DNA of 34,976 nt from Verrucomicrobiota bacterium (lineage in GTDB: Bacteria > Verrucomicrobiota > Verrucomicrobiia > Opitutales > Seribacteraceae). A model generated the notes under the pieces. It was not told the DNA's origin. It was given only the letters and a program-made list of their open reading frames with translations, and did not search any database. How positions within the stretch are numbered: position 1 is the stretch's first letter; the number at the start of each line of letters is the position of its first letter. This document shows positions 8,702 to 20,700 of this stretch, piece after piece. The stretch is taken from the NCBI GenBank assembly GCA_027622665.1, contig JAQBYT010000039.1, positions 1 through 34,976 of the forward strand, in the 5' to 3' direction. A program made the position numbers and the translations under genes.

Positions 8702-11700
8702 ATGAACTTGGTGAACAAACCACTGATTACCAGCATTACCCGACTGGGATTGACGATACTTTCGTTTATCAGTGGTTTCTGGATAGCGCCCGGTGCCAGA
8801 GCCAATGCAGTTAGACCGGTCATCACAGTAACCTCCCCTACCTATGCCTATCCTATCCCTGTTGGAGTAACCTTCCAGCAGGACGGTGACGCCAACGTGT
8901 CAGTCACGGGTTTCGACGTATCCGATCTCAACGTAACGAACGCCAACGTTGTCGCGAATAGTTTCAGTGGTTCGGGCCATGCTTACACCTTCAACCTCAC
9001 GCCGACTTCCGATCCTGCCCGAATTACGGTATCCATTCCCGCCGGTGCCGCCAACGGCGACGGCAACGCCTCCGTGGCCAATTCGATGACAATCGAATAC
9101 TTTTGGCTTGAAGTAACCCGCTCCGCCGACCTCGCGCTATGGTACAGATTCAACGAGACGTCCGGCGGAACTGCATTAGATTCAAGTGGGAATGGCCAAG
9201 ACGGAACCCTGAGAAACATGGACGATGCCGATTGGGTGGATGGCAAATACGGCAACGCCATCGATCTCGACGGAAACAACGACGATGTCCTCACTCCGCT
9301 CGACGGACATCATAACATGGACTACTCATGGTCTGTCTGGATCAATACCACCGATGGCAATGGAGGTATATTGAGCATAACGGAAAACAACTGGAGTCAG
9401 GGCGGGAAGGGTCTATACGTCAGCGGAGGCAATCCCCAGATCGATGCGGGCTGGGTAAGCAACGGCATAGGCCCGATCGCGCTAAACGATGGATCGTGGC
9501 ACCACGTTGCCCTTACGATAAAGGATTCCCAGAGCAACTCGGATCCCTACGTCATCTACCTCGACGGTGTGTCCACTAAGTCCGGTGCTATGGATTGGTT
9601 CCAGTTCGACGGCACCGCTCAGGATCTTCGAGTGGGGTATATCGGAATTGATGACGGCAAAGCACTCGCAGGCAAACTGGACGACCTCCGGATCTACGAG
9701 GGCGTCCTCACCCCCAACGACGTCGCGGCCATCTACGCCGGGGATATAGGTACTCCGAAAATCTCGGGGCCGGCTACCGCTAGCGCCAACCCCGGTTTTC
9801 CCTTTAGCCTTTCCGACTTCAACGCCACTGTCACTAACTCTCTTTTCCCTCCCACATGGTCTGCCTCCGGCCTACCTGCAGGCTTAACCATTGATGCCTT
9901 AACCGGGGTAATCTCGGGAACTCCAACGGGCACCCCTACCGCAGCCGGCACCAAGAGCGACGCCAACGTGACTGCCACCAATGGTTACGGAAGCACTAAA
10001 CACACTCTCGCCATCACGCTCTTCCCCTTGCCCTCGGTCGCCACCGTCGCTCCGGCCACCGACTTGTCCTTATACGGGGCGAAGGCGAATGGTTCCTTCA
10101 CCGATGCAACAGGTACTGCCTGCATAGCAACCGTCTACGTGGACACTACCGACAAAGGGACATCCGACGCATCGGCGTGGAGCTACTCCTTTCCACTTGG
10201 TACAGTCGAGTCCGGCGATATCAGTCGCGAAGTGACGGGGCTAGCCATCGACACCACATATCGTTATCGTTTTTCCGTGGCCAATGCAGGCGGCATCCCG
10301 GTCTGGACGAACGCAGCCGGCTCGTTCACCACCTTGCCCCAACTATCCCCTCCCCTTTTGGGCGAAGTCAACGCCTCAGACACAACTTCCTACTCATCCA
10401 CCGTCAACGGCATGCTCGCCGACACCGGAGGAGAGACCCCCACCGTGACCATCGTGTGGGGTGACGAGGATCGTGGCACCGACTACGCCGACCTCGACAT
10501 CTGGGACAACAAGGTCACCCTCGGTTTGATCGGCTCGGGCACCTTCTCTATCAACCTGACCGGCCTCCAGTTAGGCAAGGTCTATTACGCCAGGACCGCC
10601 GCCGCCAACGTTGCGGGTAAAATCGTCTCCACGAGCATGGCCGTGCTTACACCATCCTTCAAGCCCTTGGCATCTATTTCTCCGAGCAACTATGCCGGTC
10701 TCCAGATCTGGTTTGACGCAAACGATTCGTCCACACTGTGGCAAGACGCGGGCGGGACTTCACCGGCCGGCCCCGGCACCGCTGTCGAGCAATGGAACGA
10801 CAAGTCCGGCAACGGACATACGGCCACGCGCACCGCGGGCACATTGTCGCTTGTCGGCAACCAAATCAACGGCATGTCGGTGGTTAATTTCGCCGACAAC
10901 ACCTATGCCAACGTCACGGGAAGCATCCATTCCAAGCAACAGTACTTTGTGTTCAACCTGTCGAACGTCGGCGACTGGGGCAGTGTTCTGGGTAGCCAGC
11001 AGCGGAGTGGATACATGCTCAATAGAAACGGCTACATGTGGGATCTGAATTACCCGGCAGCCGTCAAGCAGAACGGTGGCGCCGAGTTGAGCGGCAACTT
11101 CCAGTTGAGCAACATAAGCAACTTCATGATCGTCAGGGTCACCGGGAATAACACAAGCGTCAGGTCGGGGTGGGCTCTAGGTCGACAAGAAGGCTGGGGG
11201 AGGCTTGATATGAACTTGGCCGAGGTCATCTCCTTCGACACCACCTTGTCGACGATTGAAGAGTACGAGCTGGAAGGCTACCTTGCGCACAAATGGGGAC
11301 TGGCCGACAAACTCCCCACTTCCCATCCATACAAGACTGCCGCACCCCCTCCCGCCATCACCAGTCCCGCCACATCAAGCGCTACCGTGGGGCAGGCATT
11401 CGGCTTTCAAGTGACTTCAAGCATCACTGCATCCTACTACGCATACAACCTGCCTCCGGGTCTGACCTGCAACCTGTCCACCGGGTACATATCGGGTACG
11501 CCGACGGTAGGCGGCGTCTACGCAGTGACTCTTCTGGCCGAGGGCGCTTCGGTTTCCGCCACGGGCAGTCTCACCATCACTCTACCCACTTCCTCTCCGA
11601 TCATCACCACTGCCTCCGCCACAAACGTCGTAGCCAATGCCGCCACGTTGATTGGCCAGATCACCAACACCGGCGGACGCGACGCCAACGTAACCGTCTA

Positions 11701-14700
11701 TTGGGGCACAGTCGACGGAGGGCAAGGCTCTTGGCAGAATGAGCAGAACCTCGGAATCAAGGGAATCGGCGAAATCGTCCTTAATGTTTCGGCACTTCTT
11801 CCGGGGCAACTGTACCACTATCGTTTCAAGGCGGACAATTCTCAGGGCGGGACAGGCGGCGCAGTCTGGACAGTCGGCGGTAACTTCACGACAACTTCCT
11901 CCGCTCAATCCCCAACCCTAGGCAACGTATTCTCGGTCACCGACGTAACCAACAGTTCCGCCAAGCTGACCGGTTCGCTCGCCGGAACCGGTGGAGATAC
12001 CGTCACATACACCTTCCACTGGGGCCCGACGGACGGGAATCAAACAGTGGCAAACTGGGCAAACCACATCGCCATAAACAATGCCGCGATAGGTAACTTG
12101 AGCGCAGAAATCACCAGCGTCATGACCCCTCCCGCCATTTACTTCGCCCGAGGTGAAGCCAGTAACTCGGTCGGTTCCATCTGGACTGAAACCATGCTGG
12201 TATTCAGCCCGGTAAAAATGGGTTCCGCCGGTTTGATGACCACTTTCCCCGGTCTCAAGCTTTGGCTTAAGGCAGACGCCGAAGCAGACGGAGCTAATTG
12301 GCTCGACCAGTCGGGCAACGCCAACCACGCGACCAAGCAAGGCTCTCCCACATTAGTGGAGAACACCTTGAACGGCTTGCCCGTAATGCGCTACAGCGGG
12401 ACCAACGGCGAGTATCACGGCTTCACCAACATGACCGACATAAGAACCGTGTTCTGGGTCGTAAAGCGGAACACCGGATCTCCTTCTTTTCTGCTGGGAG
12501 ACAACAACGTATATCATTTCCACTCGGACGGCAGCTCGACGTTTGAAGGTAGGTCGAGCCCCAACGCAAGGAACGGCTCCCTTGCGTTCAACGGCGCGAC
12601 TACCACATATCAAACACCTATACCTAGCGCCATGACCGTGATCTCCCTGCGCACCACCGGAGACGTCGAAGCCAACAGTTTTTCCAACGACCGAAACATC
12701 GGAGGGAGATATTGGAACGGCGACTTGGCCGAGTTATTGATCTACGACACTCCCCTAAACGACGCCGAGATACGCAACACCGAGGGCAGTTTGTCCTGGA
12801 AGTACGGTCTGCAGGGAGACTTGGTCTCCGACCATCCCCACAGGAACGCCGACCCGTCGTCACCCCAGCCCGTTATCTCAATCACCAATTCTCTTTCGGC
12901 TGAAGCCGCCAAGGGAATGGCCTTCACATACCAAATCACTGCTACCGGTTCGCCCACCTCATACGGTCTCTACAACACCCCCTCTTGGCTCGACTTAAAC
13001 GCGAGCACCGGAGTTATTACGGGAACCCCACCCATCGGCGGCGTGTACAAAGTCAGCATCTCCGCTGCCAATAGTCTTGGTTCAGACGTCAAGGAGATGA
13101 CCATAATTGCAGGTGACAACGCCCCCTTCGAGTACTCGCTAGACATTACTCCCGATTATGCCGGCTCCAATCAATTGACCGATTGGCATATGCTAATCAA
13201 ACTGAGCGAGAGCAACGCGACCCTATACAACCTAGGCTTTCGCTACAAGCAGTTCAAGGCCGGCGGGGCCGACCTGCGCTTCCAGACAACCGCAGGAGTC
13301 GAGTGTACTTACGGGATAAGCCAATGGAACCCGCAGGGTGAGTCTACCATTTGGGTGCGCGTACCCACCCTCTCGGCGGGTGATAAGATCATAATGCGCT
13401 GGGGAAACCCCAACGCCACTGCGCCCGCATACAGCGACAACTTCCAACTACCTTCGGCCTCGCCTCCATCCCATGTCCCGGAGGCAAGCGACTACGACGT
13501 CGCCTATGCCTTGGACATCCCGACTTCGGCTGGCTGGAACTCCAAGGCAATCCCTTACTCGGCGGACACCTCAGCCGACATCGTCAACGGGTCCTTCACT
13601 CGCATTGCCTACTACATGGAGCTTGTGGACGGAAGCGGGACGAAATGGGTTTGGGTGTCCATGGATAAATTTACTGACGATGCCAGGCTACTGGGCGTGC
13701 CCAATACCTCATCGGGCGAGTTTTGGCATTACGGCATAACCGGCCCGATAACAAACGCCAACATCCTCTCCAACGCTAATGGAATAACTACCGGAAACGG
13801 GATCAACACCGTCAATCTGGAGTTCTGGCCGAGCAACTACAACGGAAGCAATGGTTACGGCGTTCCGGGAGCAAACGCAGGCAAGCATGACTTTGGCGAC
13901 GGCGGTGCAGGAACCAACGCCGGTTATGCATCCATGCAGGTGCACAACTACGGAGCCGGCCAAACCCTCTTCGCCTACAACTCTTGGGGTTCCGGCAATG
14001 GCGAACTGGGAATCGGCAATCGAAGCACGGGCGAACCCGATTGGACCTTCTCCAACAATATCGGAAGCTATTCGGCAAGAAAGCTCATGGTCTTGGTCTT
14101 CAGCGGTAGTAAACCAGACGCCCTCGCCTTCTCCGGCTTTCAAGGTCCGCCGTTTTTCGTGGGCTCCGCCAACCTTTACGGAAAGAAGGGCTCACCCTTT
14201 TCCCAACAACTCGACTACCGAGGCTCAGACCCAATGGTATACTCGGCCGTTGGTCTGCCTCCGGGACTATCCCTAAACGTAGTCACCGGCGAGATCAGCG
14301 GCACGCCACTTACAACCGGGGAAACCGGCATCACGGTAACGGTAGACGGACAAAACGCCTCGGGAACCCCTCGTTCCGAGACGCGCTCCTTCTCCATCAA
14401 GTTGTCCGATCCATCGGCCTTTCCCATGAAAATGGCCCTTACCCTATCGGGCTATGACGGTAATTCGACACTGAAGGATTTCCCCGTCCTGATCGACTTT
14501 CATCCCGGCTTAAACAACTTTTCCTACTCCACTTTCCTATCCTCGACCGGAGGAGACCTACGTTTCTTCGGAAAGAACGGACAAGAACTTCCTTACGAGA
14601 TCGAGAACTGGGACGTCACGGGACGTTCCCGCATTTGGGTGAAGGTCTCCTCCGTATCCGGAGTCAACACCTCGATCACCGCGGCATGGGGCAACCCCGC

Positions 14701-17700
14701 AACCGGCGCTGATCCATCCTATTTCATCGACGGTTCAACTTGGGGCAACGGATTTTCGGGAACTTGGCACTTCACCAATGTGGTTGCCGGAAGTTTTTCC
14801 GATTCCTCTCCCCTCCGCAACCACGCCATTAACAATGGGGCGACAGTCGACACCGTGGGCGAAATTGGTCCGGCAGCCGACTTCAATGGCGCCTCCACTG
14901 CTTCCGTCGTTTATTCACCCTCTCTCAACCCCTCGAAGTTTTCAGCCAGCGCATGGGTGAAAAGAGCAATCCCTCCCGCCAACGGAATAAATGGCTTCCT
15001 AGGCTTCGGCTACGAACAGAACATAAACAACAATTACTTCGAAGACATCGAGCTCCTAAGAGCCCTCACGCCGAACGGCTCGAACTTCGTCCTAGGCGAG
15101 CCCGACAATCCCGAAGGCAACGGATTCTTCTTCGATGGGGATGCGGACTTCCAAAACGCAGGGATCGGCATTTCCAGAAACGACCAGTACATGGATCTTT
15201 GGTCGGCCAATTTTAATGCTCCGGAAAACGGCAACTACTTCTTCCAGATGGATCAGGCGGACGACTCCGCCGCCATATGGGTGGACCTAGACCAAGACAA
15301 TCTCTTTGAAACCAACGGTACCAACGGTAACGAAAAGATAGGAGGTCCCTCTAATTTCACCTCTAGCGCCATCGCCCTCGTCGCGGGACAAACCTACAAA
15401 ATTGCACTGGCCCATGGTGAGGGAGGAGGAGGATCTAGGTTTAGGGCATGGATTCAGACGCCTTCGCTATCCATGCGCGTGATTAAACCGTTCGAGCCTG
15501 CGCAAAACGGCTTCTTCACCAACGATCCCCTACTTAAAGACAGCACGATTTTCTCCACTCAAGACAAGAGTGGGCCAAACGGATACGCGCTACACTCAAA
15601 AAACGGCAAATTCCAGTTTCGGTCAGGAGGAAACGCCGACCCACAAGTGGCCCACAACAACGACGTATGGCACCACCTCGGCATGACTTACGACGGAACA
15701 ACCAAACGTCTCTACCTTGATGGGAGTACCGCCGGAGAAAGCGTGATGACGGTCGACCGAAACACCGTCTCCGACTTCAACATCGGTTCCGCTTGGGACG
15801 GTCTCATCGACGAATTGCGAATATCCTCCACCGTTCGCTCTGCCGACTGGATCCAGGCATCCTTCGACAACCAGAGGCTCGCCTCCGACTTCGTGAGCTA
15901 CGGGAACGTAACGAGCCCACGCTTAATCACCAGTACGCTCAACGCCTCCGTCTCTGCGTGGGATGCCTTCGACTACAATGTCACCGCCGTGGGTTCTCCC
16001 TATCTCTACACCGCCTTCAACCTACCGAACGGTCTCCAATTCAACGCCACTACGGGCAATATATCAGGAAACCCCACAATCGCGGGATCATTCCCAGTCT
16101 CCCTCATGGCCTTCTACGCCAACGACGATGGAAACGTCACCGACTCGGACTCAATCCCCGACGTAGTGGGTTCCACCGACTCCACTGAACCCGCAAAACA
16201 AGTCATTCTACAACTGAACGTTATATCCACCCCACCCGTAATTCAAACTACCGAAGCTTCCTCCGTAAGCGCTAATTCCGCTTCCTTCAACGGAAACGTC
16301 ATCAGCGATGGAGGCGACCCACCCACCGTAAGAATTTACTATGGGACTCAAGACGGTGGGATCGATCCTACAGCTTGGCTAAACATGCTCGAAATCGGTA
16401 AAAAGGGGCAAGGGACCTTCGGGCATATAATTGGCAGCCTTATTCCCGAAGTCACTTACCATTACCGCGTGCGAGCCTTCAACTCCGCCGCACCGGACGG
16501 CGTTTGGGGTTCCGGAACTTTTGTTCCGGGAGCCAAGGCAACCGGCAGCATCGAAATAACGGGCGACCCAAATGAAGGACCGCCCCGAACCGGTCTCATC
16601 GGCGAATGGCTTTTCGATGGAGACAACGCCAACGACACCTCCGGCAATGGATATGACGGCAACTCTTCAGCCAACGTCGTATACAGCGCAGACACTCCTT
16701 GGGGAACCGGCAAGTCCGTAAACCTCAACAACAACGCTTACATAACCGTTGACGACGGGACGGCAAATCAGAGCATCTTTGATCTCGATAGGCTTTCGAT
16801 ATCTTTCTGGGCCAAGGAATGGCCCTCTAATGGATGGGGTGCTTACGTCGCGAAATACGGAGAAGGAGGCCAAGGCTACCAAATCCGAAGAAACGGTGGC
16901 GATGCATCCAAACTATCTTGGACTCTTCGAGGACCGAGCAACGACGATTGGAATGCAGTCGTTAATGATGGCGGGCAGTTCAACAAATGGGTTCACGTCT
17001 TGGCCGCCTTCGGAGACGGAATCAGAAAGCTGTTCTTAAACGGAGTAGAAAAAGGTTCAGAAAACCGTGGTGGCAACATAAACGACACCACTTCAATGCT
17101 AGCCTTCGGATGCAAGGACAACAACGGCAACTTTGCCTTCGCCCCAGGAGCTTATTCCAATGCCTTCATGGACGACATCCGTATCTACGACAGGCTCCTC
17201 ACGGAAAATGAAATCTCACGACTTTCCGCGATTGCTTTACAGATAACAATTCCCTTGAGAACGGGTGGAAGCATCGTGTACGGCGGAGGCCCACTGGAAG
17301 ACTTGAATGCAACACCTCCTGTCTGGAAACATACCGGGACGCCTGCAGCAATCGCAGCATCGCTCAAAGCCTGTATCGAGGACGACGGTGGACACAATGG
17401 AGAAATCACCGTAACCAACCCCTCCACGGGGAACTTGACTCTGACCCAATCGAATACGGGGATTTTCGCCCAGTCGATCACTGGTAACCTAGGCGGACAA
17501 AACGCAAACTACTTGTCGGGCTTTACTGGTGGAATCAACGATAGTGATCCTTCCAAGACCTTCACGACCCCGTCCTCCGATCTTCCCGTAGTCGACAACG
17601 GTAACCTTCGCGACGTTAGTGATACAGGAGCCACCCTTACTGGATTGGTTCCGCATATTGGAGCAGGCGCCGTAACCAACGAGGATTTGAGATTCAGCGC

Positions 17701-20700
17701 CGACAAATTTCAAAACCTGATGTTTTGGGTGGACGCTAACAATAGTGAATCGCTAGACAAAGGGGGCTCTTTCGGTTCGGAAGGCTCTCCCGCCAATGGA
17801 GATACGGTCGGCTACTGGGGCGACCTAAGTGGCAACAGCAACAATGCAACTCCTCACTTGGGAGATTCAGCCCGAGAACCCACTTACCTCGCTGCGGGAC
17901 TTAACGGTAAACCCGCGATTTATTTCGACGGGACCGACGACGTCCTTGTCGCTCAAAACTCTGCGACCTTTGACGACTGGGAAAACCTCACCGTCTTTAT
18001 TGTCGCCGAGGGCAACAACACGGCGGACTGGTCTCCGCTGATTTCCAAAAATGGAGAGGATAATCAAGGTTGGCTGTTCGGGAAACGAAACGGAGCCCAA
18101 TCTCGTTGGCGTGTGCACGGCACCTCCGGCGCTGTGGATCAAAACTTAAATCTCACCCCTAACGCCATTAGAATCTGGTCTCTTACATATGGCGATGGCA
18201 CCCGAAAAAGTTTTGGGGACGGTCTTCTTCAAGCTTCTTTGACGGATACGGGTAAGATCGCAGCAGCTCCAAACAGTCCGCTTGCGATTGGGGCTCTCGT
18301 GAGAAACAACGGAAACCTTGAAAGTCATGCAAATCTTCTTGTTTCTGAGGTTTTGGTTTTCAAAAAGAGTTTCGCCGACAAGGATCGGCATTTGGTGGAA
18401 GGATACTTAGCCCACAAGTGGGGACTCACCGGGAATCTGGATTCTTCCCATCCCTACAAAAGCATGAAACCGGGAGAACCTTCAAATGGGGTCGACCTCA
18501 CTTTGTACTGGGGTTCCTCGGATGGTGAAACAACTCCAAACCACTGGGAGAATTCAATCGAACTTGGAAAGTATTTCTCGAAAAGGACAAGTAGCGGATT
18601 TCAGGGGACAGGCTACCTTGTAAACCCGAATGGCAACTACTTCAATGACATTGAAACCCTTAGGTCTCTGTCTTCTCAACTTCCTCCCAAGCTCATAAAT
18701 GGAGAACCCGATGATTCCGCGACAAACGGTTTTTATTTCGACGGTGACGATGACTTCAAAAATTCCGGAATAGGAATCAACCGGAACGACAATTACATGG
18801 ATTTATGGATAAGCGACTTCTGGCCAAAAGAAACCGGATACCATATCTTTCGCATGGACCGGAAGGACGACTACGTGACCATATGGATAGACCTAGATCA
18901 AAATGGTCTTTTTCAAACGACCGGCGACAAAGGCAACGAAAGACTTGGCGGAACGAACAATTTTGATTCTGCTCCAATTCCTCTGATTGCGGGGCAATCC
19001 TACAAAATTGCGCTCGCCCATGGAGAAGACCAAGGAGGATCCGGTTTCAGGGCATGGATAGAAACACCCACCCTCTCCGACCGCGTAATCAATCCTCTCG
19101 AACCTGCTCAAGACGGATTGTACGCAGCTGTTCTGGGTTTATCCAACGGGGCTCCGCAAAACTCTCAGATAAAACTGGAATCCACTCTCAGCAACCTACA
19201 ACCCGGCCAGACCTACCACTACCGCCTGCACGGTTCCAACTCACTCGGAAGCGTTTGGGCCGATACTACCGCAGTCTTCGTAGCCGAAAAGAAAATCAAT
19301 CTTTCCACCGGTTCCCTTACCTTTAAAACGGATGGTCCCATTCCAAACTGGTACACGACCTCGGGCCAAAGCGGAACAGGTGAATTAGTATCGAATTCCT
19401 ACATCGACCAAGAAGGGAATACAATAAGCTACGATGTCGCGAAATTCGAATTCGCCTCATTGTATGTTGGAGATGGGGCAAAAGTGCACTTGCAGGGAAA
19501 TAATACTCTGGAAATTGCAGTTTCAGGAGACGCAACGATTCTGGTCCCCTTAGACCTCAACGGTTCCGAGGGAACCGATGCCGGAAACAGCAATCTACCC
19601 GGGCGCCTGGGTGGAGGCCACGGAGGCCACGAATGGAAAAATGCTGCTGACCCTTGGGGACGAGGAGGCGACCCGGCCAACCTCACCACGGTCTCAAGTT
19701 TCAATTCGGGAGGGAAACCACTCGCCGGTATGAACGGGAATGCCGGTCTCGCAACAGGGCAGGAACCCGGGGGCGGTGGATTTGGTGGACGAGGTGGACG
19801 TTCTGAAACAGTCGTTGCGAGCGGTGAACACCAACTTGTTCAGCCTGGAGGTCAAACCTACGGCGACGCAGATATTACACATCTTTTCGGAGGTTCCGGC
19901 GGAGGAGGTGGAAACGAACGTTCGGGCGGCACGGGCGGAGGCGGCATCAAGATTGTGGCTGGTGAAACGCTTACCATCGGCGGAAGCATTCATGCCATTG
20001 GGGGTAAAGGGGGAGCAAGACCCAACGAGGCGCGACAAAGCGGTGGAAGTGGATCCGGAGGAGCTATTTATCTCAAGGGCAAACACATAGTCATACAACA
20101 AGGAGTGAGCATCAAAGCAGATGGCGGAGACGGCGCCACCGGCATAACCAACGGAAACACCTATGTCACAGACGGCATTGGAGGCGGGGCAGCAGCAGGT
20201 GGCGGTGGAAGAATTTTCATGGAGGCAACCGAAAGCTTGCTGAATATCGAAAGTTCAACCAACTCCAATTTTTCGACCAACGGAGGCATAAGCCCCGGAT
20301 ATCGTCACGGTGTATCGGGATCCATGAAGATTCTTAAGCCGCAGGTCACCGAACTGGTATTTCATTCAGGTACTATCACCATCGACACCGACAAAGGCAC
20401 GATCAACCACTCGGATGGTTCGTTTCTCGCGGGGTCGCTAACGGAAAACTTTTTCTTAAGCTCGGCCGGAACCGCCTACCCTTACAAGATCTGCACCTTC
20501 ATCGCCGACCGAATCAACCTTGGCGTAAACCTCAGCGTAAATCTCAAGGGTACCGCCGCCCTATCGTTGAGGACTCGTAATCACGGCGACATAATAATAT
20601 CCGCGAACATCGTGGCCAATGGAGGAAACAATCCCACCGACGACGATGGAGGGATAGGACGTCTCGCCGGCTGGGACGGCGGCAAGAAACAAAGGGATGG

